A DNA stretch of 63,052 bases, counting the filler, from Salisapilia sapeloensis CBS 127946 (Eukaryota > Protista > Oomycota): assembly GCA_023334545.1 (NCBI GenBank). It is 8 parts of 8 records of this genome, joined end to end, with 100 filler letters (N's around TTAATTAATTAA, not from the genome) between each part and the next. Parts side by side here need not be neighbours in the genome. Positions count along the whole stretch, not along the records: positions 1 to 26,851 come from JAADVB010000239.1; positions 26,952 to 35,004 come from JAADVB010000498.1; 6 more parts are not named here. One strand, written 5' to 3'. The notes under the pieces were generated by a model, which was not told where the DNA came from, did not search any database, and saw only the letters and a list, made by a program, of their open reading frames with translations. The position numbers and the translations under genes were made by a program. Positions 25,002 to 33,777 of this stretch are shown here, piece after piece. Position 1 is the stretch's first letter. Each line of letters starts with the position of its first letter.

Positions 25002-26651
25002 ATGGATCTAACCCCAATTCAAGCTGCTAGACGCAAGGAAGATGAAGCTGATGCATGCATCAAAACGCGGCAATGGAATGAAGCTTTGCAATGCCTATCA
25101 AAATCTCTTTTCTTCAACCCAAACTCGATTACCGCTCATGCGAAGAAAGCTCAAGTGTATTGGGAGATGACAGATACAAAGGCTGCTATGGCAAGTCTGC
25201 GACAAGCTCTAGCAATTGACATTGACACTGAAAATATCTCACTTGGTAATTTGATAACCAAACTACGCAATGATCTAGCAGGTATACTGGACATTGAGGG
25301 GTACAATGCCCTGCTGCAAGGGCGGCCAAGGTTAGCTCTAACGTTTTTGACTGAGGCTACGGAGCTAAATCGACTTGAGGAGGCATATTGGTTGCATCGA
25401 GCTATCGCATTGATCCAATTGGGACAGTATGAAATAGCCTTGGCAGATATCACTCACTGTATTCGACTTAACGCCCATGATGTTGAGTACTACGTGCTCA
25501 GAGCAAAACTTCACTGGAAGGTCTATCTGCATGATGAAGCAGCAAAAGACATTCGTCATGCAGCAAAGCTTCAGCCAGACCATCCAGAGGTTCTTGATTA
25601 TGAGCAGCGTTTACTTAAAAAATCCAGAAACCTTCATGACCAAGCCAAAGAGTGCATGCTTGTACGAGACTTCGGTCCTGCTATCTCCAAACTGACAGAT
25701 GCACTTGAAATTGTAGCGAATGATCCCAAGTTGTATTTGCTTCGTGCTTCAGCTCACCGCGAATCGCACAATTTCCATGCCGCTTTGCAGGACGTGGAAA
25801 TGGCCCTCAAGTGTCATAAAAAGAGAAAGCAGACCCAAGAATCTATGGATACTGGCATGGTTGCTCTATACTCCAAATTACCACGCGAAGAAGTAGATAT
25901 CATCTTGCAACGAAACCTTATTCTAAATGACCTCGCCCTTTATTTCTTACAAGAACAATCCTACCAGCTAGCTCTCGACACTATGAACCAAGCCATCCAA
26001 GGTGAAAAGCAGTTAATGAACGATAGCAAAAGCCAACGAATGAACCCTCAGCTTTTCGTGAGCCGAGGCGACGCATATCGAGGGCTTGAACATTTCCAAG
26101 CAGCCTTGTCAGATTACCACAGCGCTTTAAAGGAATTACCGCATAGTCAGGAAGTAAAGTCCCGCATAGCTCTAGTGCATTACAACTTCGGCATCAACCT
26201 CTTTAATAAAGGTCAATTCGAACCTGCCGTTATTGAATTCAGCCGTGCTTTAGAAAACGATGATCACATCAGTGCTTTCTATGAAAGACGAGGTGATGCT
26301 TATCGATATCTGGAGCATCATGAAGCTGCGTACGCAGATTACCAGCAAGCACGCGCATTGGCGCCTGATAATATAGCGATTCGAATTAAATCACAGCAGT
26401 ATGACTCGTCTTCACCAACACTACCTAAGAGAAATTCGCTTCCACAGATCAATCCGACCAAGAATAATCAAGGTAACATCGAGAGAAAGGTCAAAAGAGA
26501 CACGCATCGATCTTCAATGCCGGCCCCACTTCAGAAAGCCCATGTGCAGTACAGGAAAAAGGATAAGGCAGTACAAGATCTCTACCACAAGAGACTCACA
26601 TCGACCGAAACAGCAACAAAGTTCAAAAGTAACCAAAAGAAACACAAATGA
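25002..26651 (+). CDS. TPR-repeat protein (TTC16-like)
   Basis: Many TPR units (ALQCLSKSLFFNP, YLLRASAHRE...ALQD, FVSRGDAYRGL...ALSDY, FYERRGDAYRYL). Confidence 0.85.
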   Translation: MDLTPIQAARRKEDEADACIKTRQWNEALQCLSKSLFFNPNSITAHAKKAQVYWEMTDTKAAMASLRQALAIDIDTENISLGNLITKLRNDLAGILDIEGYNALLQGRPRLALTFLTEATELNRLEEAYWLHRAIALIQLGQYEIALADITHCIRLNAHDVEYYVLRAKLHWKVYLHDEAAKDIRHAAKLQPDHPEVLDYEQRLLKKSRNLHDQAKECMLVRDFGPAISKLTDALEIVANDPKLYLLRASAHRESHNFHAALQDVEMALKCHKKRKQTQESMDTGMVALYSKLPREEVDIILQRNLILNDLALYFLQEQSYQLALDTMNQAIQGEKQLMNDSKSQRMNPQLFVSRGDAYRGLEHFQAALSDYHSALKELPHSQEVKSRIALVHYNFGINLFNKGQFEPAVIEFSRALENDDHISAFYERRGDAYRYLEHHEAAYADYQQARALAPDNIAIRIKSQQYDSSSPTLPKRNSLPQINPTKNNQGNIERKVKRDTHRSSMPAPLQKAHVQYRKKDKAVQDLYHKRLTSTETATKFKSNQKKHK

Positions 26652-26706
26652 AAACATCACAAGTAGTACATTGGACATCAGATAACATGCATTACACGTA
26701 AGCTTT

Positions 26707-26851
<145 letters not shown>

Positions 26852-26951
26852 NNNNNNNNNNNNNNNNNNNNNNNNNNNNNNNNNNNNNNNNNNNNTTAAT
26901 TAATTAANNNNNNNNNNNNNNNNNNNNNNNNNNNNNNNNNNNNNNNNNNNN
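26852..26951. other. Artificial contig linker (N-TTAATTAATTAA-N); also at 35005-35104, 47387-47486, 50388-50487, 52005-52104, 57199-57298 and 61850-61949
   Basis: Seven 100-nt blocks with a central six-frame-stop 12-mer. Confidence 0.99.
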
Positions 26952-27092
26952 TAAGATATATGTTGTAGATCTTATCAGAAAAGATGTGTAAGTAGGGCAG
27001 TCTAAAAGTATCAAATAAACTCACTTCTAATTTCAATTCGTTTCCCCTTAAGCTAGTGTAAGCTAAGTTACGGAGGATCTAAGCCCGTAACA
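26952..27092 (+). repeat. 3' part of the 5' LTR (ends CCCGTAACA)
   Basis: Ends in CA just before the PBS. Its first 16 nt equal 34989-35004. Inr/FPR-like TCACTTCTAATTT at 27021. Reconstructed LTR is 141+141-16 = 266 bp. Confidence 0.85.
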
Positions 27093-27094
27093 CC

Positions 27095-27102
27095 TGGTAG
27101 CA
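27095..27102 (+). promoter_or_regulatory. Primer-binding site, 8 nt complementary to a tRNA-iMet-type 3' end (UGCUACCA)
   Basis: TGGTAGCA located 2 nt after the LTR-terminal CA. Confidence 0.7.
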
Positions 27103-27124
27103 CTTTGCAGTTCTTTCACCGACC

Positions 27125-28150
27125 ATGGCGACTTCAGCAGCGACCGCGGCTGCGGGTGTGGCGCCTGCGAGCGTTTTGGCAGATCGGACGTTGTATCCGC
27201 ATCTGAATGATATCGAATGGAACGCGCTTGGCAGGATGGCCAAGCGCACGGGAGACACGGCGGTGGAGCTGATTCTTCAGAATGGGTCTGAAGTCGATCA
27301 ACACCAAGCCGCGCTTAAATGGCTTGACGGCGAGGCTCTCGCGTTGAGTCAGCAGCCGTCGTCGACGGCTGCGAGATCTCCCTTCATCAAGTTGGAAGTA
27401 TCAGCTTATGGAGGTGAGGGAGGTATGCCTCTCCAACGTTGGTTTGTGGAGGTTGAGACTGCCATCAGGGCGCGTCAGATCTCTGACGCTGAAATGCAAG
27501 TCGTGTTCATGATGTCACGTCTGAAAGGCCAAGCGAAGAATTGGGCCTTTGGACGTCGGTTGGCAGACCCGACGTGCTTCTCAACTCTTGACGAACTCAA
27601 GTTGGAGTTGGAGACGACGTTCGACCCGCCGGAGAACGAGATGCGCATTCGTTCTGACTTGTTGAGGATCAAGCAAGGCAAATCGAGCCTGAATGACTAT
27701 TGTCAAAAGGCCCGTTATATGATTTCCTGCTTGCGTACGGCGCCATTGGATATGGCGACCCAAGTCACCGTTTTCTTGCAAGGCATGAAAGACGGTCCTG
27801 TCAAGGTCGAAACGTTCCGCCAGCGTCCTCCTACTTTTGAGGACGCGATCCTTGTTGCGTTGCGTGAGGAGTATACGCTACGCCAAGCTCATGGCGGCCA
27901 AATCCCAAATTGGCTAGGCTCCCAACCTCAAGTGGGCAGCGGTCCTGAACCGATGCAAGTTGATGCTTTAGCTGCGGACAATCGCCCGCAGCAACGCGTT
28001 GGAAATGCCCAACGCAAGAAGCAAGTCACTTGCTTCCGTTGTCAGAAGACCGGCCACTACGCGAAGGATTGTCGCGCCCCTATGCCTGTCACCCTCAATG
28101 TGATCGAGGGAGACAATACTGCATCGGACCCAAACGGGGACGATCAGTAG
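27125..28150 (+). CDS. gag: Gag (capsid domain and CCHC zinc knuckle)
   Basis: LQRWFVEVE, AKNWA, LNDYCQKARY, PEPMQVD, CFRCQKTGHYAKDC. Confidence 0.93.
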   Translation: MATSAATAAAGVAPASVLADRTLYPHLNDIEWNALGRMAKRTGDTAVELILQNGSEVDQHQAALKWLDGEALALSQQPSSTAARSPFIKLEVSAYGGEGGMPLQRWFVEVETAIRARQISDAEMQVVFMMSRLKGQAKNWAFGRRLADPTCFSTLDELKLELETTFDPPENEMRIRSDLLRIKQGKSSLNDYCQKARYMISCLRTAPLDMATQVTVFLQGMKDGPVKVETFRQRPPTFEDAILVALREEYTLRQAHGGQIPNWLGSQPQVGSGPEPMQVDALAADNRPQQRVGNAQRKKQVTCFRCQKTGHYAKDCRAPMPVTLNVIEGDNTASDPNGDDQ

Positions 28151-31100
28151 GCGTAGGGCCACCTACTGGTCAGCGAAGGGAGTCGAGGGAGGTGGCACCT
28201 CACTCTCCTGGCCCACAACCGCACGAAGTGCGTTTACATGCTACCACTGCTCGTGGAGACGATCGACTTATCATCATCGATCTTCACGTTGCAGGCGGCG
28301 CGCGGAAACTCCGCGCGCTAATCGATTCTGGCGCCACGAATAACTTTGTTCGTTCCCAGAGTCTCCAGTTCCTACCTCCAGGAACTATTGTGAAGGAAGG
28401 CCCGACCGAAGTCATCGTCCGCATGGCGGACGGAAAGCCGCGGAGACTCCCGCGGCAAGACGTCAATCTGAGGTACAGATTCGATGACTTTGTCGGCAGA
28501 GATGACTTCCTCGTCGTTGAGCTTGACGAGAAGTTTGATGTTATCCTTGGGATGCCATGGCTGTTGCGACATCAGCCCAGCATCAACTGGCTTACGAAAT
28601 CCGTTCGTAAGAAGCAAGGATTGAATATGGATCAAGTGTGTTCCATATTGCATTCGGTTCCGACCAACTGGCGTGACGTGTCAGTCGTCGACCCTTCCAA
28701 CCACACCCCCCCGTTCAGTGTCTCTCCAGAGAGCGATGGCCCTGCATGCACTGAATGGCAACTCGCCAGGTCTACGTCCGGGCGTCGGACGTCTAGAAGC
28801 CAGTCGCGGCCCACGACTGGGCGCAAGAAAGAGTATTTGCGCTCTCCAAATCGTTTCGCAGCCTTATCAGAGGACGAAGGACTGGACGATGTGGCCGCGT
28901 CTGTAAAACAGACGCCAAATGAGAGCGTCGCTAACGTGAGCGACGCGATTGAAATTGCGCCGGTTACCCCGGCGCCAAAAGCGAAGAAGAAGAAGACCGG
29001 CAAGCGGAATGTGTCCGCTTGCAACGCCGGTCGACAGTCGAAGGCGCAGAATGTGTCTGTGCCTACGACGAGTGAAATCGCAGTTATCACTCACTCGGAA
29101 GAAGGTCCGGTGAGCGAGATTACGCGGCTCGATAACCCGCCGCGTGAAGGTGATGCGATCACTCAATTGGAATCCCTGAGTTGGGATGGCTTTGTGGATG
29201 CGCTACGAACTGAGCAAGTTGAGCAAATTTGCGTAGTGACCACCAAAGCCGATGGTCAAGATCGCGCTCGTGATGATACGAGCGCTCCGGCGAAAACCGC
29301 TAAAGAGGAACGGTTTGCTTCCCAGTCATGGGAAGCCCTCAAGGCAAGCGGTAGCCCTGTGTACGATCTTGCGTGGGAATTTCGGGATATCTTCCCCGAA
29401 ACAGTGCCGCAGCAGTTGCCTCCGGACCGAGGCTTCCGGCACGAGATCGACCTCGTGCCCGGCACGAAGTATTGTGTTACTCGTCAATGGCCACTGCCAC
29501 GTGAGCAAGTGAAGTTCATCGACGAGTTCTTTGAGGCACGTCGGAAGTCGGGGCAGGTGCGTGAGAGCACCTCCCCACACTCCACGCCGACGTTTTGCGT
29601 GAAGAAAGCCACTGGTGGATGGCGCATCGTGCATGCATACAACAAATTGAATGATGCTACGATACCAGCGCAGACACCAATTCCGCGCAAGGACATGATC
29701 TTAGATACCATGTCAGGAAGTACCATGTTCAGTACTATCGACCTGATGGATGGATTCTATCAGATCCTGATGCGCGAGGACGACATCCCGCTCACCGCGG
29801 TGAGCACTCCGAGCGGGATGTTATGGGAGTGGCTCGTCATGCCAATGGGACTCAAGAATGCACCGGCAACATTTAACCGAGTGGTGTCTCAGGTTCTTCG
29901 ACCTCATCGAGAGTTCGCGCCTTGCTATTTCGACGACATCTTCGTCCATAGCAAGGCATCCAATGTCCAAACTGAGTTGGACGTACACCTTGATCATTTG
30001 AGAAAGGTCTTCACTTCGATGAGAGAAAACAAGCTATACGCTCGTTTGAAGAAATGCTTGTTCTGCGTCGGTGAGATACCGGTGCTCGGTTGCTATGTTG
30101 GCAAGAATGGATGCCGACCAGACCCCGAGAAGGTCAAGTCGATATGCGACTGGCCTGTGCCTAAGACACCCAAGCAGCTTCGACAATGGCTCGGCCTTGC
30201 GAACTACTTGCACAAGTACGCGAAAGATTACGCGGGACTGGTGCAGCCGTTGTCACGGCTGCTGAAGAAGGATGTCGAGTGGCAATGGGGTGACCCAGAG
30301 CAGAAGGCTTTTGACGCTGTCAAGAAGCGGTTGATGGAAGCGCCGGTGTTGACCCTACCGGATCCTGACCGTCCCTTCCACGTGGTGTGCGATGCGAGTA
30401 ACTTCGCCATCGGATGTGCGCTCATGCAGACCGATGATGACGGTCATGAGCGCGTGGTGAGTTACCAATCCCGGCAGCTCAAGTCTGCAGAGCTGCGATA
30501 TCCTGTGCATGACAAGGAGCTTCTAGCGATGCGATATTCGCTAGTCAAATTCCGCGTTTATCTTCTTGGAGAAGAACGCTTTGTGATCTACACTGATCAT
30601 GCGTCGTTGCGTACGGCTACGAAATCGCCGCACCTTAGCGACCGTATGGCACGGTGGCTCTCGTTCTTCTCGCAGTTCAATTTCGTCGTCTTCTATAAGC
30701 CTGGGAAGATGAACATCATCGCCGACGCGTTGAGTCGGCGCCCAGACTATGACCCGAATGAAGACGAGGCATATGACGACACTCCTTGTCCGAAGTGTGA
30801 GACGGAGGTCATCAATGCCACCGAAGTTGTGCCGCGCCTGTCTTTGACAGACGCTATCCAAGAAGCTTACCGCAAGGATGCCTTTTGTCATGAGCTCATC
30901 GAGTATTTGAAGACTCTCGATGTCGAGGCTAAGAAGAAGCTATCGGCACGCACACGCGCGCGCTTGCATCGATACTCGCTCCATCGGTCGATGCTGTTGT
31001 ATGCCATCGATGACATGGATACGCCACGCGTCGTCATTCCCAACGACGCTGACCTGCGTGCACGCATATTGCACGAGTATCACGATGCGCCCAGCGGTGC

Positions 31101-33777
31101 GCATGCTGGACGCGAGAAGACATTTAACTCGCTGTCGCGTGACTATTACTGGCCCCATATGTACAAATGGGTCCGTAAATGGGTACGCTCATGTGAGACA
31201 TGTCAGCGAGTGAAACCGACTCCTGCATTGCGAGCTCCGTTGCAATCGCTTCCGATACCATCGGATGCCTGGAAGTCCGTCAGCATGGACTTCGTCTTCG
31301 GACTGCCACCGGATAAGGCCGGTCGCACTGGCATCCTAGTCTTCGTGGATCGATTGAGCAAGATGGTCCATCTTGCTCCTGTCAAGAAGACGGTTTCAGC
31401 GGAGGAGTCCGCTGCCATCTTTCTCGACACTGTGTTCCGACTACACGGGATGCCTGAAAGCATCGTGTCAGATAGAGACCCGCGTTTCACGGCGTCTTTC
31501 TGGCGCCGGATCTTCCGGCGCGTTGGAACCAAGTTGGACATGTCCACGTCCGCTCACCCAGAGACGGACGGACAAACAGAGCGGGTAAACCGCACTCTCG
31601 GAGATATACTGCGCAGCTACGCAGCGAGCTACACGTCATGGAGCGACATGCTACCCATGGCTGAGTTCGCCTTGAACAATGCTGTCCACTCATCAACGGG
31701 AGTAACTCCGTTTTATGTCAATTACGCCCGTCACCCACGGACGCCTGCGGCGCTCGGAATCACACCGAGCGCACCCAGTGCTTCGTATGGAGGGGGAGAG
31801 ACATCGAACAATTCGACGCCGTCGTCGAGTCAACAGACAAGCAATGAAGCGTCGGAACCGAGTCCGACGCAAGAAGCGGAACACACGTCCGCAGCTATTG
31901 ACTCGACAAGTGAGCGCGAAGCGACGCTACCGAGAGCGTCGCACGAGGATATTGGAGACGACTCGCAGGATAGGCCTGTACGAGATACACTCGCTCCAGC
32001 GTGGCCGACAGCACAACATGGTGCTGTGTCATCGCCCAGATCATTCCGAGATGTTGTGCTAGGAACACCGAACCGTGCGGTGTCCAGTCGACAGCATTCG
32101 AGCACCACGTCGGTCACTGTGGACCGACGTCAAGGGAGCGACGCTATTGCATCCAGTTCACTGAATCGTGCGGTGTCTGGTCCAGTGCAATCCAGCGTCA
32201 CGTCGGTCACTGAGGACCGACGTCAAGGGAGCGACGCTATTGTGCCCAGTCCACCGAATCGTGCGGTGTCTAGTCAAGCACAATCAAGCGTTACGTCGGT
32301 CAATAAGGACCGACGTCGAGATAGCGATGAGTCAGCGGACATCGTCGCAAGTCACGAGACAGAGCCCGTGACAGAAACCGACCCAACAAGAGCCGAGTTG
32401 GCCGCTGATACAGTACTAAGTCAGCGGCAATCGATACTGCGATATGTGAGAGACGCAGTAGCAGACGCGGTCGACAGACAAAAGGAACAGTCTGATCGAT
32501 CTGGTCGTCACAACCAGGAGACCTTCCGACCTGGGGATCAGGTCCTGTTGTCGACGGCAGAGCTGCCGCAGGATATCCTCGGTCAAGCGGAGTCTAAAGT
32601 CACAGCCCGGTTCATAGGGCCGTTCCGAGTGAGAGCAAAGCAAGGGACTGCGTATACTTTGGATTTACCTAGTGGTATACGCTTACACCCGACGTTCTAC
32701 GTCGGGCGTTTGAAGCGATATCATCCATCGCTATCGCCTACTTCCTTGGCGGATTCGCCGGAAGCTTATCCGGCACGTCGATCCCGGCATTCCGAAGCGC
32801 CTCCCGAATCAGGCGCACATTCTGGTTCGTCTGCTGGAGCTCGTTCCGGATCATGCGACGGTCATTACCCGTCGCCCGATAGGCCTCCTGCAACCCCTCC
32901 ACGTCGCCTAGGAGGATCGCAATGTCCCCCTCGTTCTGGTAACTCCGATCGTCCAGCTCGATCATCCAGCCCGGTCGCGTTCCACGAACAAACGGAACGT
33001 CCTCTTCCGTCTGACCCTCTTCACGCACCGGTTGATCCGGCGGGCGTCTCGTCTCATGAGAACGCGAATGCTCCATGGCAGGGGCGTCTGCGACAGAGGG
33101 GCGCGTCGGCGGCGGAGTCGAGGGCGCCGGTGCGGACACCGGCGCAGGAGCCACGAGTGGAGGACGAGCCTCCGTATACGCGGGCACAGGATCGCGTCGA
33201 GTCGGCTCAGGGCCACGCGGCGCTGCTGCCGCGTAATCACGGTTCGACGTCGGAAGGGACCTCGGAGGAGAGTCCCGCACTTCGCGGCGCTGCGAATGAA
33301 CCTCGTATGCATCACGATACGGATGATAGCGATGGCCGCGTCGACTCGAGGAGCTCGACGCAGGAGAATAATCGCGCTCGCGATACTGGTCGTATGGATC
33401 GCTACGAGCGGGACGGTGCTCCCGCTCTGATTGATGGCTCGGGTCATAAACGTTGGATCGTTGATCGTATTGTGGATCATTGCGATGACTCCCCTGATAT
33501 GCAGAGGAGTGATACGACCCATACGACGGGTCGTGGCCGTAGTAGCCGCGCGAGCGTCGCTCGTCCTCGCGCCGATCCTCCTGGCGATCATAATAGTTCG
33601 GATCGTAGTATCCCGAGCGGTCGCCTCTACCGTGTCCGCTGGCTTGGCTATTCGGTTGGCTCCGATACGTGGGAGCCTCGCGGCCAGTTGATGGAGGATG
33701 TGCCTCACGCCGTGGAGGACTACGAGTCTCTTCTCGCCGCGTCCGGTGAATCGGACGCCCATGACCCGACTCTCTAA
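28030..33777 (+). CDS. pol: Pol polyprotein (protease, RT, RNase H, integrase, GPY/F module, chromodomain), probably entered by frameshift at about 28135
   Basis: LIDSGATNNF; IDLMDGFYQ, MPMGLKNAP, YFDD; CDASNFAIG, TDHASL; HHCC (HDAPSGAH...CETC); SMDF, SDRD, QTERVN; FIGPFRV; WIVDRIV...YRVRWLGY...DTWEP. No stops in 1915 codons. Confidence 0.97.
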   Translation: MLPLSEDRPLREGLSRPYACHPQCDRGRQYCIGPKRGRSVGVGPPTGQRRESREVAPHSPGPQPHEVRLHATTARGDDRLIIIDLHVAGGARKLRALIDSGATNNFVRSQSLQFLPPGTIVKEGPTEVIVRMADGKPRRLPRQDVNLRYRFDDFVGRDDFLVVELDEKFDVILGMPWLLRHQPSINWLTKSVRKKQGLNMDQVCSILHSVPTNWRDVSVVDPSNHTPPFSVSPESDGPACTEWQLARSTSGRRTSRSQSRPTTGRKKEYLRSPNRFAALSEDEGLDDVAASVKQTPNESVANVSDAIEIAPVTPAPKAKKKKTGKRNVSACNAGRQSKAQNVSVPTTSEIAVITHSEEGPVSEITRLDNPPREGDAITQLESLSWDGFVDALRTEQVEQICVVTTKADGQDRARDDTSAPAKTAKEERFASQSWEALKASGSPVYDLAWEFRDIFPETVPQQLPPDRGFRHEIDLVPGTKYCVTRQWPLPREQVKFIDEFFEARRKSGQVRESTSPHSTPTFCVKKATGGWRIVHAYNKLNDATIPAQTPIPRKDMILDTMSGSTMFSTIDLMDGFYQILMREDDIPLTAVSTPSGMLWEWLVMPMGLKNAPATFNRVVSQVLRPHREFAPCYFDDIFVHSKASNVQTELDVHLDHLRKVFTSMRENKLYARLKKCLFCVGEIPVLGCYVGKNGCRPDPEKVKSICDWPVPKTPKQLRQWLGLANYLHKYAKDYAGLVQPLSRLLKKDVEWQWGDPEQKAFDAVKKRLMEAPVLTLPDPDRPFHVVCDASNFAIGCALMQTDDDGHERVVSYQSRQLKSAELRYPVHDKELLAMRYSLVKFRVYLLGEERFVIYTDHASLRTATKSPHLSDRMARWLSFFSQFNFVVFYKPGKMNIIADALSRRPDYDPNEDEAYDDTPCPKCETEVINATEVVPRLSLTDAIQEAYRKDAFCHELIEYLKTLDVEAKKKLSARTRARLHRYSLHRSMLLYAIDDMDTPRVVIPNDADLRARILHEYHDAPSGAHAGREKTFNSLSRDYYWPHMYKWVRKWVRSCETCQRVKPTPALRAPLQSLPIPSDAWKSVSMDFVFGLPPDKAGRTGILVFVDRLSKMVHLAPVKKTVSAEESAAIFLDTVFRLHGMPESIVSDRDPRFTASFWRRIFRRVGTKLDMSTSAHPETDGQTERVNRTLGDILRSYAASYTSWSDMLPMAEFALNNAVHSSTGVTPFYVNYARHPRTPAALGITPSAPSASYGGGETSNNSTPSSSQQTSNEASEPSPTQEAEHTSAAIDSTSEREATLPRASHEDIGDDSQDRPVRDTLAPAWPTAQHGAVSSPRSFRDVVLGTPNRAVSSRQHSSTTSVTVDRRQGSDAIASSSLNRAVSGPVQSSVTSVTEDRRQGSDAIVPSPPNRAVSSQAQSSVTSVNKDRRRDSDESADIVASHETEPVTETDPTRAELAADTVLSQRQSILRYVRDAVADAVDRQKEQSDRSGRHNQETFRPGDQVLLSTAELPQDILGQAESKVTARFIGPFRVRAKQGTAYTLDLPSGIRLHPTFYVGRLKRYHPSLSPTSLADSPEAYPARRSRHSEAPPESGAHSGSSAGARSGSCDGHYPSPDRPPATPPRRLGGSQCPPRSGNSDRPARSSSPVAFHEQTERPLPSDPLHAPVDPAGVSSHENANAPWQGRLRQRGASAAESRAPVRTPAQEPRVEDEPPYTRAQDRVESAQGHAALLPRNHGSTSEGTSEESPALRGAANEPRMHHDTDDSDGRVDSRSSTQENNRARDTGRMDRYERDGAPALIDGSGHKRWIVDRIVDHCDDSPDMQRSDTTHTTGRGRSSRASVARPRADPPGDHNSSDRSIPSGRLYRVRWLGYSVGSDTWEPRGQLMEDVPHAVEDYESLLAASGESDAHDPTL
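28129..28196 (+). promoter_or_regulatory. -1 programmed ribosomal frameshift signal: slippery C CCA AAC, 6-nt spacer, predicted H-type pseudoknot
   Basis: The X_XXY_YYZ heptamer is in the gag frame and pol is in the -1 frame. Stem 1 is GATCAGTAG/CTACTGGTC (28142-28150/28163-28171); stem 2 is GCCAC/GTGGC (28158-28162/28192-28196). Confidence 0.85.
32068..32340 (+). repeat. Three imperfect 93-nt tandem repeats, each holding a perfect 9-bp inverted repeat
   Basis: Units start at 32068, 32161 and 32254. ACGTCGGTC-N6-GACCGACGT occurs at 32107, 32200 and 32293. Confidence 0.9.

Noticed and set aside
26650-26706. Histone 3' stem-loop downstream of H3
   Set aside because: No GGCTCTTTTCAGAGCC-like hairpin is visible.
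26896-26907. Recurrent palindromic TTAATTAATTAA flanked by Ns (7 copies)
   Set aside because: Synthetic six-frame-stop linker used to concatenate contigs. ORF-track entries containing X runs are artefacts.
27093-27104. Tf1-type self-priming of the retroelement
   Set aside because: The best LTR pairing found is only 7 bp with two G-U pairs and lies upstream of the putative TSS. The tRNA-type TGGTAGCA explains the site better.
32068-32340. Palindromic repeats at regular spacing resembling a CRISPR array
   Set aside because: The spacers are homologous to each other, there are only 3 units, they lie inside a eukaryotic pol ORF, and there are no cas genes. Reported as a hairpin array instead.
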